DNA of 63,267 nucleotides, counting the filler, from Collodictyon triciliatum (Eukaryota): the NCBI GenBank assembly GCA_043381765.1. It is 5 parts of 5 records of this genome, joined end to end, with 100 filler letters (N's around TTAATTAATTAA, not from the genome) between each part and the next. Parts side by side here need not be neighbours in the genome. Positions count along the whole stretch, not along the records: positions 43,226 to 52,761 come from JBHJMP010000130.1; positions 52,862 to 56,358 come from JBHJMP010000133.1; positions 56,459 to 63,267 come from JBHJMP010000134.1; 2 more parts are not named here. One strand, written 5' to 3'. Every line of letters begins with the position of its first letter. The stretch's first letter is position 1. The translations under genes were made by a program, and so were the position numbers. The notes below the pieces were generated by a model, which was not told the DNA's origin, did no database searches, and saw only the letters and a list, made by a program, of their open reading frames with translations. Positions 49,956 to 63,154 of this stretch are shown piece after piece.

Positions 49956-52435
49956 AAAAAAAATTTTCAAAAAAAAGANNNNNNNNNNNNNNNNNNNNNN
50001 NNNNNNNNNNNNNNNNNNNNNNNNNNNNNNNNNNNNNNNNNNNNNNNNNNNNNNNNNNNNNNNNNNNNNNNNNNNNNNAATATATGCTCTTTTTTTTTTT
50101 TTTTTCTTTTTTTTTTTTTTCAAATTTTTTTAAAAAAAAACCGTTTTTTTTTTTTTTTTGGGTTTTAGAAAAAAAAAAAAAAAAAAGCAAACTAAGACGA
50201 TAAGTGATATAAAAGAAGAACAGGAACAGGAAAAACAATTGAATAGAACTTTTTCACAACAGTCACCTTTGAGCATGATTATGTCCCAAACAACGACTGG
50301 GTATTGAGTTGGATTGAAACTTCGGTATATTTCATTTACTAGTTTTGATAGCTTGGGCAAATCTACTGGTCTGCCGTTAACATAGTAGTACTGACGGTCA
50401 TTTGCTGACCTTCCAGAGCCCGTTACTTTTTTTGAAACTAAGCCACTCATCCTATGAATTCAATGAACGAAGGAAAAATATGAAATATAACAGTAAGATG
50501 TGTCAGCTTCAGCATGTAACAGTTATGATGATTCTATTTTAAATGAAGCAGTATAAATGTAACCAAAATGGCTTGAGAACACTTAGAGACTTGCCTAACA
50601 TCATCACCTTCAAACAAGAAGTCATCCAGCATATCAGCCTGTTTTGGTCCGAATATATTGACAAAATTCGACCGAATATTTTGATTCCTATCTACGGATA
50701 TGACTGTAGATCTCTGTCTAAATAATTCACATGCAAGTTACATGCACAATGGCAGGTCATTCTAGAAAAGTCCCCCATGTGGTTTTGCGGAGGAAGAGTT
50801 TAAAATTAGTATTATATCTCATAATTCGTATGTAAATACATACCCTTGGCCAATTTGATTACTGCAAATTATTTTTAATTCTTTGCTGATTATAGCATAG
50901 CTTTGAAGTACATATAATAGTCTAGCAAATTCCCGTTTGATATTTTTCTTGAATTCTTTGAGTCGGACGGGAAGCGAATGAAAAATATTTCGAACCGTTA
51001 TGGTTGTTCCGACCTTTTTATTTGGAGTTAATACGCTTATTATTATTGTTATTATTTTAACTATTTGATCTGAAGGAAAAGGTTTTGAAAAACGTAGATA
51101 TTAAATAACTGGCTTTATAAAAAAAAATTTTTTAATGAATCCTAATTATATTTTTTTTAAGAATAAAGCCACCTCTCTTGCAGTTTTTGACTGCTCAACC
51201 AAGCAACCGTGTTCATCATAAATGAGTCTATTATTTTATATTTTCTTAATATTTGTATACACATATGTATATATGTTTTTTAATTGCATAGACTTCATTT
51301 ATTCGTTTCCTCATTTTGCATGTTGTTGTTTTTTCGTCATTCAAATATGAATTTATCTAAATTACTATACTTGCTTCCTATTTGCTGCTCTTTCTTCCGG
51401 GTAGTTATCATTAATGAACCAATGGCACATAATGAACTGATCGCTTCTCCTCGGAAACCGAAAGTTGAAAGATTCTTCAAATCGTCAAAATCCGATATCT
51501 TGCTTGTATAATGCTTGAGTGCTTTATTTTTAAAAGGTGTTTTAAATTACATGTATTCTTCTATAGCTCCACTTAAAATATAAAAGCATCATATATAAAC
51601 CAGAATTAAAATATCCGCATTTTTTTCATATTTTCATGTCTTTTTTGTCTTTTTTGTCTTTTTTGTCTTTTTTGTCTTTTTTGTCTTTTTTGTCTTTTTT
51701 GTCTTTTTCTCTTTTTTCTCTTTTTTCTCTTTTTTCTCTTTTTTCTCTTTTTTCTCTTTTTTCTCTTTTTTCTCTTTTTTCTCTTTTTTCTCTTTTTTTT
51801 ATCTCAAATAAGTATACCAACGGTCTCGTAGTCTGATGGGTCTATCCCACTGCCGTCGTCAATAACTTCGTCGGTATGTGTAAAAAAAATAATTGAGGAA
51901 GAGAATAGATTAATCCATTTATGTAAAAGCCACATAATGTGATAACGCTGCACTGGATCAATTCTTCAACGTGACAGGTTAGAGGAAATAATCACTCGGC
52001 TGCGCAAAGTGTAGTTTAATCAAAGGATAAGTTTAATGATCAGAGAATAATGCATTTATTTGGGGGATATACCTTCAATTGTATCGGCTCCGTAGTCTTT
52101 GAGCTTAATTTCTAATAACATTAAAGTGTCTTGTTAACTACAGTTTTTCTAGCAAGTATGAACATTGATATTTTAACTGTAATTATAATGGTAATTCTAA
52201 TTGTAATGAGAAATGAGAAATGAGTAATGAGAAATGAGAAATGAGAAATGAGAAATGAGAAATGAGAAATGAGAAATAACAGGTGAGAAACAATATATGC
52301 ACTGATAGAGTTTTGTCGATTTTTTCCAGAAAATGATTTCGCGTGATATATCAATATCGTACGGATCGTTTTTGCGCCTGCATCCAAAGAATTTTCAATA
52401 AGCTCCTTAACACCGGTAGCCAGGTCGAGAATTAC
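45094..52435 (-). CDS. PMS2: MutL-alpha endonuclease subunit PMS2 (yeast PMS1); first exon missing
   Basis: [67 protein letters not shown], the endonuclease motif [26 protein letters not shown] and [14 protein letters not shown]; stop at 45094-45096. Confidence 0.96.
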
Positions 52436-52663
52436 CTATTATATTATCAATCTGTATATGTAAATACATCTCGGCTCGATTTGAAATATTTTCAGGTACC
52501 ATTCTGTTTCCATCAAAATGCTTTATCAACAAGTAAAAGGTTGTGGTTATATTCTGGTTGTTTCATTTTGTTTGAAACTATATGTATATCGCGTTTGAGA
52601 AGAGGAAAGATAGAGGATATTTAGGAGAAGAAAGAAATGGAAAAAAAAGAAATGAGAATGGGA

Positions 52664-52761
52664 CTAGGATTAGGATTAGGATTAGGATTAGGATTAGGAT
52701 TAGGATTAGGATTAGGATTAGGATTAGGATTAGGATTAGGATTAGGATTAGGATTAGGATT
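52664..52761 (+). repeat. (GGATTA)n hexamer microsatellite at the scaffold end
   Basis: About 16 perfect TTAGGA units running into the linker. Confidence 0.95.
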
Positions 52762-52861
52762 NNNNNNNNNNNNNNNNNNNNNNNNNNNNNNNNNNNNNNN
52801 NNNNNTTAATTAATTAANNNNNNNNNNNNNNNNNNNNNNNNNNNNNNNNNNNNNNNNNNNN
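52762..52861. other. Artificial scaffold-joining linker
   Basis: N44-TTAATTAATTAA-N44. Confidence 0.97.
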
Positions 52862-53072
52862 TTTTTTTTTTTGTTTTTTTTTTTTTTTTTGTTTTTTTGT
52901 TTTTTTGTTTTTTTGTTTTTTTGTTTTTTTGTTTTTTTTGTTTTTGTTTTTTTGTTTCATTTCTTTTTTCACATTCGTTATCATCTAGATATGTAAAAAG
53001 AGAAAATAGGTAGGGGAATGGTATATAATTGCGCATATAATTTCTGATGTGATAATTAATCCATATCTCCAG

Positions 53073-54469
53073 ATGCACATGTAGATTTCTTCAACTACCT
53101 CGGCATTCTTATCCAACCTATTGACATTCGTCTGTCTGACACTCTTCTCTGTGAATGTTTAAATATGTACTACGACATCGCAAAATTATTTAAACCGCCC
53201 AAGGAAACGGGGATGAAAATGTATGCTAATTATTTATTCTGCGTTCTACATTATGCATGTTTAGGTTTTTATGAACGTTGGATGTGTTAACATACTTGTT
53301 ACGTATCACAGAATTTTATCGACGCCGAAGAGACGAACACCTGTTGAACGCCCTCGGTACTTGTACATCGAAGAGCTGCGAGTTTATTCCCTCGAATTCA
53401 ATCTGACATTTAACTGCAGAGACGGCCTCAAGGAGATTCTTTCCTCGTCGTATCCTTATTTTTTTTTTTTTCCATTCAGTCGTCAATTATTCCGCTCAAA
53501 AGTGGACATCAGTGCAAGATTTTGGCTTCTTGTCATTATCCTTTTACTTTATCTTTGTTCTATTCAAGTTCTATTCATTATGACCATTTTCTTATGGTTT
53601 ACATTCTTTGACTATGACTCATATCCAATCCGGCCATGTCAATCCTCGAAGCGGTTTCTCCCTTCCTGGCAAATATAGACGGTCGCTCTATCGCCCTGAC
53701 AACAATCGCTATGGATCGTCCGTTCACAACTCGCCAAGCTTTGAAAACAAGGATTGTAAAAAGCTATGCAAAAAATAGCATATGGGAGGTCACAATTTTA
53801 AATTGTTTTTCAAGCCATTTCCAGTGCAGTTCGATACGAGCCATCTGAACATTCATGAATATCTAGCGCATCGATATTTAAATTTAAATTTATCTTTGTC
53901 TTTGGTTTAGATATATAAAGTCGTTGGCGGTCTTGAAATCATCGGGAAACCAGCTGTCCTTATAGAAGGAATTGCAAAAGGAGTTGCTGACTTGATAATG
54001 GAGGTATGTCGACACCTTTTATTTCATAGCTCTCCTCGTTGTAGTAAACATTTTTGGCTGTGGTTGGAGTTGTATTTAATAATTCCATGCAATATTTATT
54101 TGGATTATGTTTCTTGTTTGTATATTCTGATTTTGTGTTCATGCTTTCTTTTAATCGCTAATGTTATTAATATTCACCTTCCTTATTTTTCTCAATAATT
54201 CAAAATCTAAAAATGTGAACTATAGCCTGCCAATGGAATCGTGAAAGGTCCTGCTGCTTTTGGGAAAGGAATAGCAAAAGGAACCACCGGGTTTATAAAG
54301 AACGTCACTCAGGGTGCTTTTGGGGCTGTTGGAGGAGTTGCAGATGCCGTCAACTCCGGTATAAAAAAAACATTAACGCCGTTGTTTTCTTTTGTTGCTT
54401 TCTTTTGTTGCTTTCTTTTTGTTTGTTTTTTCTGTTTTGTTTTATTTTGTTTTGTTTTATTTTGTTTTA

Positions 54470-54500
<31 letters not shown>

Positions 54501-56168
54501 TTTTTTTTGTTTTGTTTTTTTTTGTTTTGTTTTGTTTTGTTTTGTTNNNNNNNNNNNNNNNNNNNNNNNNNNNNNNNNNNNNNNNNNNNNNNNNNNNNNN
54601 NNNNNNNNNNNNNNNNNNNNNNNNNNNNNNNNNNNNNNNNNNNNNNACGACATATTATTCTAAATAACAGAGTATATTTGTTACCGCTTCTCTTTGTTCC
54701 ATTGTTTTGATCGCTTTCCTGTAGAGTATAGAGAAAATATGTTATAAAAAACTATTTTTCTTTTTTTGTTTTTTGTTTTTTTTTGTTTTTGCTGTAACTA
54801 ATTATGTTTTAAAAAAGCTGGGATAATTCAGCTGATTGCCTGTGCCTCCTTATGTTTGAAACTGCTCTCTGTTTTAGAGCCACTATATAATCTGATTGTT
54901 ATTTTTGGTCGTATTTATTTAGTTATTTAGTTCAGTCTATTGCCCTTGAAAGTACGAGAAAGAAGTACAAAAACTAATATATGTCCCAATCTAATTTCAA
55001 TAGGATTATCGTCGGTTACTGGTGACTCTGATATAAAGAAGATGCGAACAGTTATATCAGATAAAGGCCCGAACAATGTCGTAGAAGGAGTTGCGCATGG
55101 AGTGGCCGGGCTCGGAGTATCCGTTTTCCACGCAGTCACGGGCGTAGTGGTATGTTATTTATTTAGTTATTTATTTAGTTATTTATTTAGTTATTTATTT
55201 AGTTATTTATTTATTTAAAAATTGAAACGAGCACAATTCACACACAAATTGACTCTTGGCTTGTAAGTGAATGTCACTTATGTATGCAATAATATCGCTA
55301 TTTATCATGCGAATATAGACGAAACCCATTGAAGGTGGGAAAAAGGAGGGTGCTTTGGGTGTTGTAAAGGGCTTTGGTGCTGGTGTTCTCGGGTATCAAT
55401 TCATCCTTTTGAGATAATTTATAGTATTACATGTGGGCGCACCCGAACGGACTTTGACAATTACATACATGTATTTAGTCTCGCCGTGAAACCTGTTGCA
55501 GGCGCTATGACATTAGTTAGTGTTCTATCGAAAATACAGGGCATGCGTATAAATAAAAACAGCATTAAAAGGAAGACCGGATTAATTCACACATCCAAAA
55601 ACTAAACCTTAAATAGGTGTCTAAAACGGCTGAGGGGATTCGGAAGAATGCAGAAGTACTGGAAATGAATCCGACCATTAAGATTCGACGCTCGCGTCCT
55701 CCAAGATACATCGCCCCAGATAATGTCATTCGCGTATGGAAATTCGATCGTTGCAAAATCAATACCGATATTGTGGACAATATTGATCAATCTATCTGAA
55801 TCGTGCGGTCTGCCTGTAGCTATGATACAAGTTTAAGTTTGTCAATCTTTTTTAATAAAAAAAAAAAATATTTTAATAGCCGTTTGACATGAAGCAGTCT
55901 CTGATGGTTCATATTCTATCGGAGGCATGTGGCAACACTTATCCATTCGAACACTATGAGGAAAGCATCCCCCTTTCAGAATCGCTCATGCTCTTCGTGA
56001 CGAATAGGTACTTGTGCATGTTTAAACTTGAAGTTGTTATCTGACTATTTATCGGAACTGAATTTCTTTATTACAATCGGCACTTCGTAGACCTTATTTT
56101 AGCATAATATTCTTAGGTCTCTTTTTACCGTCGAAAATGAAAAGGGGCAGCCTCCTAAGATAACTTCC
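53073..56168 (+). CDS. VPS13: VPS13-family lipid transfer protein, C-terminal fragment (VPS13_C/ATG2_C region and start of the PH-like domain)
   Basis: Spliced YLGILIQPIDIRL, YLYIEEL...FNLTF, LANID, IYKVVGGLEIIGKP...IAKGVADLIMEP, GPAAFGKGIAKGT, GVVTKPIEGGKKEGALGVVKGFGAGVLGLAVKPVAGAID and RSRPPRYI. Confidence 0.92.
53450..53622 (+). other. Candidate U12-type (minor spliceosome) intron with GT-AT ends
   Basis: 5' site GTATCCTTA; branch-like TTCTTTGAC at 53604-53612; the frame-compatible 3' end nearest the branch is CAT at 53620-53622. Confidence 0.6.
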
Positions 56169-56325
56169 GTAGTTGGATTATTAAGTCATTAACCATTTAT
56201 ACTATTCTTTTCAATTTTTTTATTCATGTATTCATATATTCATGTATCTGTTTTGTTTTGTTTTGTTTTGTTTTGTTTTGTTTTGTTTTGTTTTGTTTTG
56301 TTTTGTTTTGTTTTGTTTTGTTTTG

Positions 56326-56356
<31 letters not shown>

Positions 56357-56358
56357 TT

Positions 56359-56458
56359 NNNNNNNNNNNNNNNNNNNNNNNNNNNNNNNNNNNNNNNNNN
56401 NNTTAATTAATTAANNNNNNNNNNNNNNNNNNNNNNNNNNNNNNNNNNNNNNNNNNNN
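56359..56458. other. Artificial scaffold-joining linker
   Basis: N44-TTAATTAATTAA-N44. Confidence 0.97.
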
Positions 56459-56553
<95 letters not shown>

Positions 56554-56562
56554 GCATAATAC

Positions 56563-59141
56563 GTGATGAGGAGCGCACAATGTTTCAAAGTAAAAATCAT
56601 ATCCCCATCCTGTGGCTCCATCGTTTTGAATGTACTTCCAAAAGCAACTCCAAGCAGCTCTTTGAAAATAAAATTAAATCAAATTGACCAAAAACAAAGA
56701 AGTGGCTCGCCTTGTATTAAAATTGTTGTTTTGTCCATTTTTACTTAAAAAAAAGAAAACTAATGTAAGTAAGAAAATGCTTCACTTAGAATTTTTTAAT
56801 TTGAGATGTTTTTAAAGATTCATTGGAGCATAAATTATGACTACAATATATGATTGATGCAGTATGTGGTTGTTCTGGTTACCTAGAAAATATTGTCAAA
56901 GGCCCACACTCAACAAAATCAGTCCAGCGACCAACTCTTGCGTCCAAATGTTCTGAATCCGGCGTTTGTAGTAATCGCCGCAAGGATTTTTGTTCGGTAT
57001 TATCATCATATGATCTATGATTGTATATTAAATGAATTAATGATAGCAGAAAGTTCAGCCTCTGACCTTTAAGTAGAATCGATTCAATTATCACGTTTTT
57101 TTCTTTGGATATATTATGAAAGGAAATTGCACGGATGGGTTCTCTAAAGTTACAAGAATATTTGAATGGAATACCAAGATAGAAAATTCAAGGGATATAT
57201 CATACAATTTTCTCTGTATCTCAGGAAGAGTCTTGTGGAATATTGGATACAATGGAGACTTTTTCAAATTAATGTGGGTCTCTTTCTGTAATTTGTTCAT
57301 GGCGCTTTAGAAAATCTTTTTTTAAAAGGAAATGAAATTTGTCCGATTAAAAATGAAAATGGCACCAATAATCTATGATAAGCTTCAAAGTATATGTACA
57401 CATATAACTATGTACTGAATATGTGGCATCTTGACTGGGGTGGCTCCAATCACTGTGGGACTTATTACAGTGAGATGGTTGAGCAACCTAGTTGAAATAA
57501 GTCATGAATTATGATTTCTCCTAAAAAAAATTAAAAAAACATGTAAAACGAAATCGAGTAAAGGAGAAAAAAAAACATGTAAAACGTAAAGCAATATTAC
57601 AATACAAAAATTCATGGTTCTATCTTTCTGCTGAATTTATTAATAGAATACATGGATATCAAACTCTCGAAGGGTTTGTATGATTGTCTTTGGATGTATT
57701 TGGGAGTAATCTGCATCGGAATCTGCCAAAAATATGTATTCATAAACTTCCACAACGCTTGGGTGCAGAAATCTCTTGAAATACCACCATTTCATCCTGA
57801 GTGAATAGGGAGATATTATCCAATAATTTGGTGACCGGACAATCTTTGGACAATACGAAGACGAATTAATTTACTTGAAACAAAATGTCTTGATAAGAGT
57901 CAAAATCATTACTGCTTTGTCACCGCGATTCGGATGGTTTTTTCAAACCAATCATATCTTTTCCATAAACTGAATTCATTATCATACATGAAGAAAAGAT
58001 ACTGGAAGTCTGTCAGCCCAAAACGCTTCACGAAATCATCCACAATGGACTCTGTTCCTTTTCCAATGCCCATCACAATCAGACTGAATAAGGAACCCAT
58101 ATTCTCCGTGAATTATGATAATAACCATGATAATGATAATGATAATGAAGCAAAAAAATAATAATATATGAAATGAAAACATCACAGATAATTATAAAGT
58201 CACAAGTTTTATTAAAAAAAATTCTTGTGAGAGTCTCATAGATATTTTAAAAACCTTTTCTTCCGAGTAACTGGTTGAAGTCTTGGACCCAACATCAAAG
58301 GCTTTTTTTTTAAGCAAAAGAATCAGAACAAAAGGTTAAACAAGGAAATAAATGCATAAAATAAAATAATTAAATAAGATATGCACATAAGAATACATGT
58401 AAAAAATTACCAAGAGTTCGAGGTCAGAAGTCTCTTGAATGGCAGACTCTGCCTTCTCAGACTTTCGAAGTCTAACAGTTGCATTCCTTTGATACTGCTC
58501 GAGTTCGCGGGTGAGCTCAGCCAAACTAACTTTCAGCTCGTCCACCTCCATGACAGTTTCAGGTAGATAGAAAGAAGGGGCAGAAAAAATAAAAAGGAGT
58601 TGTTATTGGGCAAGAAAGAAGAGAAAAGAAGAGAAAAGAAGAGAAAAGAAGAGAAAAGAAGAGAAAAGAAGAGAAAAGAAGAGAAAAGAAGAGAAAAGAA
58701 GAGAAAAGAAGAGAAAAGANNNNNNNNNNNNNNNNNNNNNNNNNNNNNNNNNNNNNNNNNNNNNNNNNNNNNNNNNNNNNNNNNNNNNNNNNNNNNNNNN
58801 NNNNNNNNNNNNNNNNNNNAAAAGAAAATAAAAGAAAAGAAAAGAAAAGAAAAGAAAAGAAAAGAAAAGAAAAGAAAAGAAAAGAAAAGAAAAGAAAAGA
58901 AAAGAAAAGAAAAGAAAAAACAGTCCTGGATAATACGCCAGAAAAAGACACCGCCGAATACCTGTTTTTGATGGTGCCGCTTCTGCTCCTGAAGTGCGCT
59001 TTCGTGGCTGCCTTGCAACTCATCGACTGTGCGCTTTGTAGGCGCATAATCGACAGACGTAACCGTCTGATGCAGCGTCCATTCGACGTGAAGGATGGTG
59101 CAAAGCACAGCAAAACACAGGATTCTCGCCTTGCTCAGCAT
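56563..59141 (-). CDS. DUF707-family glycosyltransferase-like type II membrane protein, 3' end truncated
   Basis: N-terminal signal anchor (ILCFAVLCTILHV) and coiled-coil stem, then FFMYD...W...DW...IRIAVTKQMKWWYFKRFLHPSVVEVYEYIFLADSD (DxD), VAQP, FVECGPLTIFSRAAWSCFWKYIQNDGATGWGYDF, matching the DUF707 motifs. Confidence 0.9.
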
Positions 59142-59561
59142 CCTCTGTCTTTGGAGAGGCTTTTGTCTGCGGTTCTTGTGTTATCGTGCCTGTTTTAATT
59201 CTTTCAGGTCTCTACCAACGACGAAGTAGTATCCTGAGTCACATGATTTTATGTTTACAATTTACTATTTAAACCTACCACAAGGCATCAATGTCGTTCT
59301 TGAAGGGAATGTAATGAGATAAATTATATATTCCGCATTAAATAATTATTTAAGGAATTCAATTGCAATCAATTCATAAGAATGTCATTTTTGTCTTGAA
59401 TCTACGATCCACATCGCGATTGATCGACATCATCCTGTGTGACTTACGGACGATACTCAACTCCTTCGCGCCGTGAAGCGGAAACCCGCAGCCATGAGAC
59501 TCCAACTAACTTTGCTGGTTTGATGGGGATCGGCAAAGAAACAGGAAAACAAAGACCTGGA

Positions 59562-59739
59562 ATGGCCATGGCTTCCTCTGCTGAAGACCGCAAGGATCAT
59601 GACTCCGACGACGAGGAAATCGAAACCCTGCAATACAAGGTCTTTTCTTTTGCCGCCCACTGAGCCGTTTCTGCTTGGTGCTCTTGCTTCGATCAGCCTC
59701 TTTTCGTCCGTGCTCTTTATGACACTGATGAGCTTGAGA

Positions 59740-59804
<65 letters not shown>

Positions 59805-61276
59805 TTTTGCTATCTGTTTTTTTTTTCTTTGTTTTTTTCTTTCTGATCAGACACTTTGGAAGCTGAAGATAAGCCTTTCTAAAATTGGCTGTCCAGATCA
59901 TCCTCTTGGGCGACGGTGCGGTCGGCAAAACATCCGTCTGCAACCGATTCACCACAGACTCCTTCGGCAAAAGCTACAAGCAGACCATCGGACTCGATTT
60001 CTTTATGAAGCGGCTTGTTCTGCCCAGTTTGTATTTTTTCTTATGTTTGCAACATCTCTCATTGCTCCGAACATTTTTCTCAACCATTCATACCAAAGTA
60101 ATATTACAGTCTCTTTGAGAGTTAGCGACAAAAGAAAGCAAAATAAAGCAAAAGCACAAACAAACAAACAACACAAAGCAAAGCAAAGCAAAGCAAAACA
60201 AAGCAAAGTAAAGCAAAGTAAAGCAAATGAGCATTCAAGCATTTGCCTTTTTTTTTTCCTGCACAAACCCTACCTCAAATCCTGACGTCCAACCATGAAC
60301 TTCAAACCAGACGGCATCAACGTCGCCCTCAAGATATGGGACATCGGAGGCCAGACCATTGGAAGCAAGATGATTGGGAACTACATTTTCGGAGCACACG
60401 CTGTTCTGCTGGTGTACGACGTAACCAATTTCCAGTCGTTCCAAAACCTGGAAGATTGGTATCGCCTTGTCACCCGCACGATGGAGAAGGAGCCCACTCC
60501 ATATGTGGCCCTGGTTGCCAACAAAGGTTGTCATCACATTGTTGCTGTCTTATTTATTCTATAGGGCATGATAACACAAACAAAGCAGCCTAGCTCATCC
60601 TTTATAATTTGGAAAATAGCTGATTTGTAAAGCCCTATTCTGCAAAAGAAATACACATCGCTCATCCTTCTTTGTTGCAGCCGACTTGAGTCACATGAGA
60701 ACTGTGAAACCAGAGAAGCACACGCAGTTTGCAGCCGACTTTGACATGCACTCATTCTCAATGTCCGCAAAGACGGGAGACAATGTCAACTCCACATTCT
60801 TCCGCATCGCCGCAGACTTGGCTGGTGTGATTCTGACCAAGCCTGAGGTGGAGGTCGCTGCGGTACGATGTCTATTACTTCCACATACACTGCTCTACTC
60901 TTTTCCTTGTTTATGATGTGTTAAATGACTGCAAATTCGCACAATATCGAAGAAAAAATGGAAAAAATTGATTCCATCAATTACGAATGATCAAGAAACT
61001 AAAAATGAAAATAACAAAAATAGACTCTTTTTTCCTTGATTCGATTCAAAGAATAAATACAGAAAAATAATAATTTGAATCGTTATGGTATTTTTAATAG
61101 AAGAAATATATGCGTGTGAGTTCTTCATTGAAGAAAAATGAAAAAGAAAAAAAAACACAGGAGACTAATTTCATGAAAAATTCCAGAAAGTCGTCCAGGC
61201 AGAAATTGTCAATCATCCTTCACCTGCTGGAGCAGAAACGCCCGCGGAAAAGAAGGACAATTGCACAGTTCAATAA
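59562..61276 (+). CDS. RAB28: Rab28 small GTPase, five exons
   Basis: [36 protein letters not shown], the Rab28-type [24 protein letters not shown], and a C-terminal CaaX CTVQ*. In-frame ATGs at 59523 and 59568 are alternative starts. Confidence 0.93.
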
Positions 61277-61679
61277 AAGAAAACAAAATGAAGGCATTAA
61301 CTCGTGGGATAGGCAGTGAGCGAATGCACGTACGCAGTAGACTATTGCTTTACAAGCTGAACTAAAGCAAACACATACGTAAGGTCGAAAGTAACAAACC
61401 ACACAATATTTCATTCTTTTTTTATGTTCAATATTTCAATCACTTTTGTTCTTATTGCCGCTGCACAGTACACATATTTTGAAATAAAATTTTGCAAGTG
61501 AGCGGCCAAGCTTTTTTTTTTTTTAATTTTAATCAAGAATAGATATAATGGTAAAAATAAGTAAGCATCGCTACAGATAGAAGACAAAGGTGAAACAAAG
61601 GTAAGCTCGTGCGATGAATCAAAAAGAAGGGGGTAAACATAATGACACTCGGACCAAACTGAAACAGCGATTGTCTTGC

Positions 61680-63094
61680 TTAATCGCCTGCAATAATATT
61701 TCTCTGGCGGAGTTCGTCCACGCTTTTTCGGTTTGCCAACCAGGCAGAAAGTTTCTCACACACGGGCTGAAGCATCGGCGCAACTGAGAATGGATCTGAA
61801 CGTGCACAGAAAGCAGGGCAGATTAGGCGGGCCTTTACAGAGTAAGACTGAAAAAAAAAAAGCGATGAAATACAAATACATGGCGATTGGCAGCCAGGAA
61901 TAGGCAATCCACAGCAAAAAACTAGGAAGAACATGGATTGTTGCATAACACACTTGAACAGAATGAGATATAAAGAAATAAGAGCGTGTGAATGAAAAAC
62001 ATGATTCTGACGGGTGTGTATGTGTTTGTTGTTGGGAGTTACCTTTCGCGATTCCCCATTCTACTAACTCATCAAAAGTCGGTCGTGTGGATAGCAAATA
62101 AGAAAGTTTGTGCGGAACATCGGCAGAATCGCCAACTTCATCATCCTCGTCATTATCATCGCCAAACGAGGTTTCCTCTGAGTCAACTTCTGTGATGGAA
62201 ACCTCACTCTCGTCGGCCATGAGAGGCTTGCTCTGTGGCTCCAGGTCAGTTGTCTGTCGATTCAGCTTTTCATCGGCCAGAATGTCATTGTTTCTAATCT
62301 TCTCAGTAAAAATGGTCTTTGATGAATCGCCTAGAAAGAAAATGAACGTGTCATCAAAAGATTCCTAAAGAAAAAAATAGGAATTTGTTGACTATATTTT
62401 ACTTTCTCATATTTTTCTTTCTCTCAATTTGAAGGATAATCGGATTCATTTGTCGACCAACGTCAGCGATGTCATGATATTTTATTATTTTCAAGAGTAA
62501 TGTTTAATCGTATTTTCATAATTTTTTTTTTAAGGGGCAGTTCGACTAATGATACTGCTCATAAACATTTTCTTATGATTTACACTTTGAATGCGCCATC
62601 TAACTGAAACTTCAATATCGTTGACCAAAACAAGGATAAAAAACAATATAATGATATGTGCATATTCTCAGGAAATGCAAACCTTCTGTGACGAGTTTGT
62701 GTCTCTCATCCGAATTCACACGAGCCGAAGAGGGCGATAAAGGGAGTTGACTTCCTATTTGGAGTGACACGATGGGCGATGATGGCGAATAAGATAGCGG
62801 CGTGGACGCGGGCGATGCAGTCGCTGGTAGAGTCGCTGGAATAATGATTGGTTGACTGGACGTTCGCGTTATGGGGGCGATGATGTGAGTAGGTGTCTGT
62901 GGGTTGGAGGAGTCACGTTCTCTGGTGATGCTGCCCGACGGCTTTTCAACCAACGGAAGCCTCGAGTTGGACTCTGACCTCGGGCGTTGTGTGACCGTTC
63001 CTGTACGTGACTTGCGTGAGCCAGCCTCATCCGTTGATACGGGTGACAGAAGTTGGACCCGGTAAAGGTTCAGGATGAAGGAGACTTGCTTGGC
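61680..63094 (-). CDS. RPEL-repeat (G-actin-binding motif) protein, 3' part
   Basis: Ser/Pro/Thr-rich exon, acidic tract, then KLSYLLSTRPTFDELVEWGIAK and KLSAWLANRKSVDELRQRNII*; 5' exons lie beyond the window. Confidence 0.75.
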
Positions 63095-63154
63095 CTATTG
63101 TATTTATGCTGTGAGCAAGGGTTGTTGTGTGACTATGGTGCTATTTCCAAGTGG

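Noticed and set aside
52664-52761. (TTAGGA)n at a scaffold end as a telomere
   Set aside because: The first exon of PMS2 must lie beyond it, so it is most likely intronic; the other scaffold ends also break in microsatellites.
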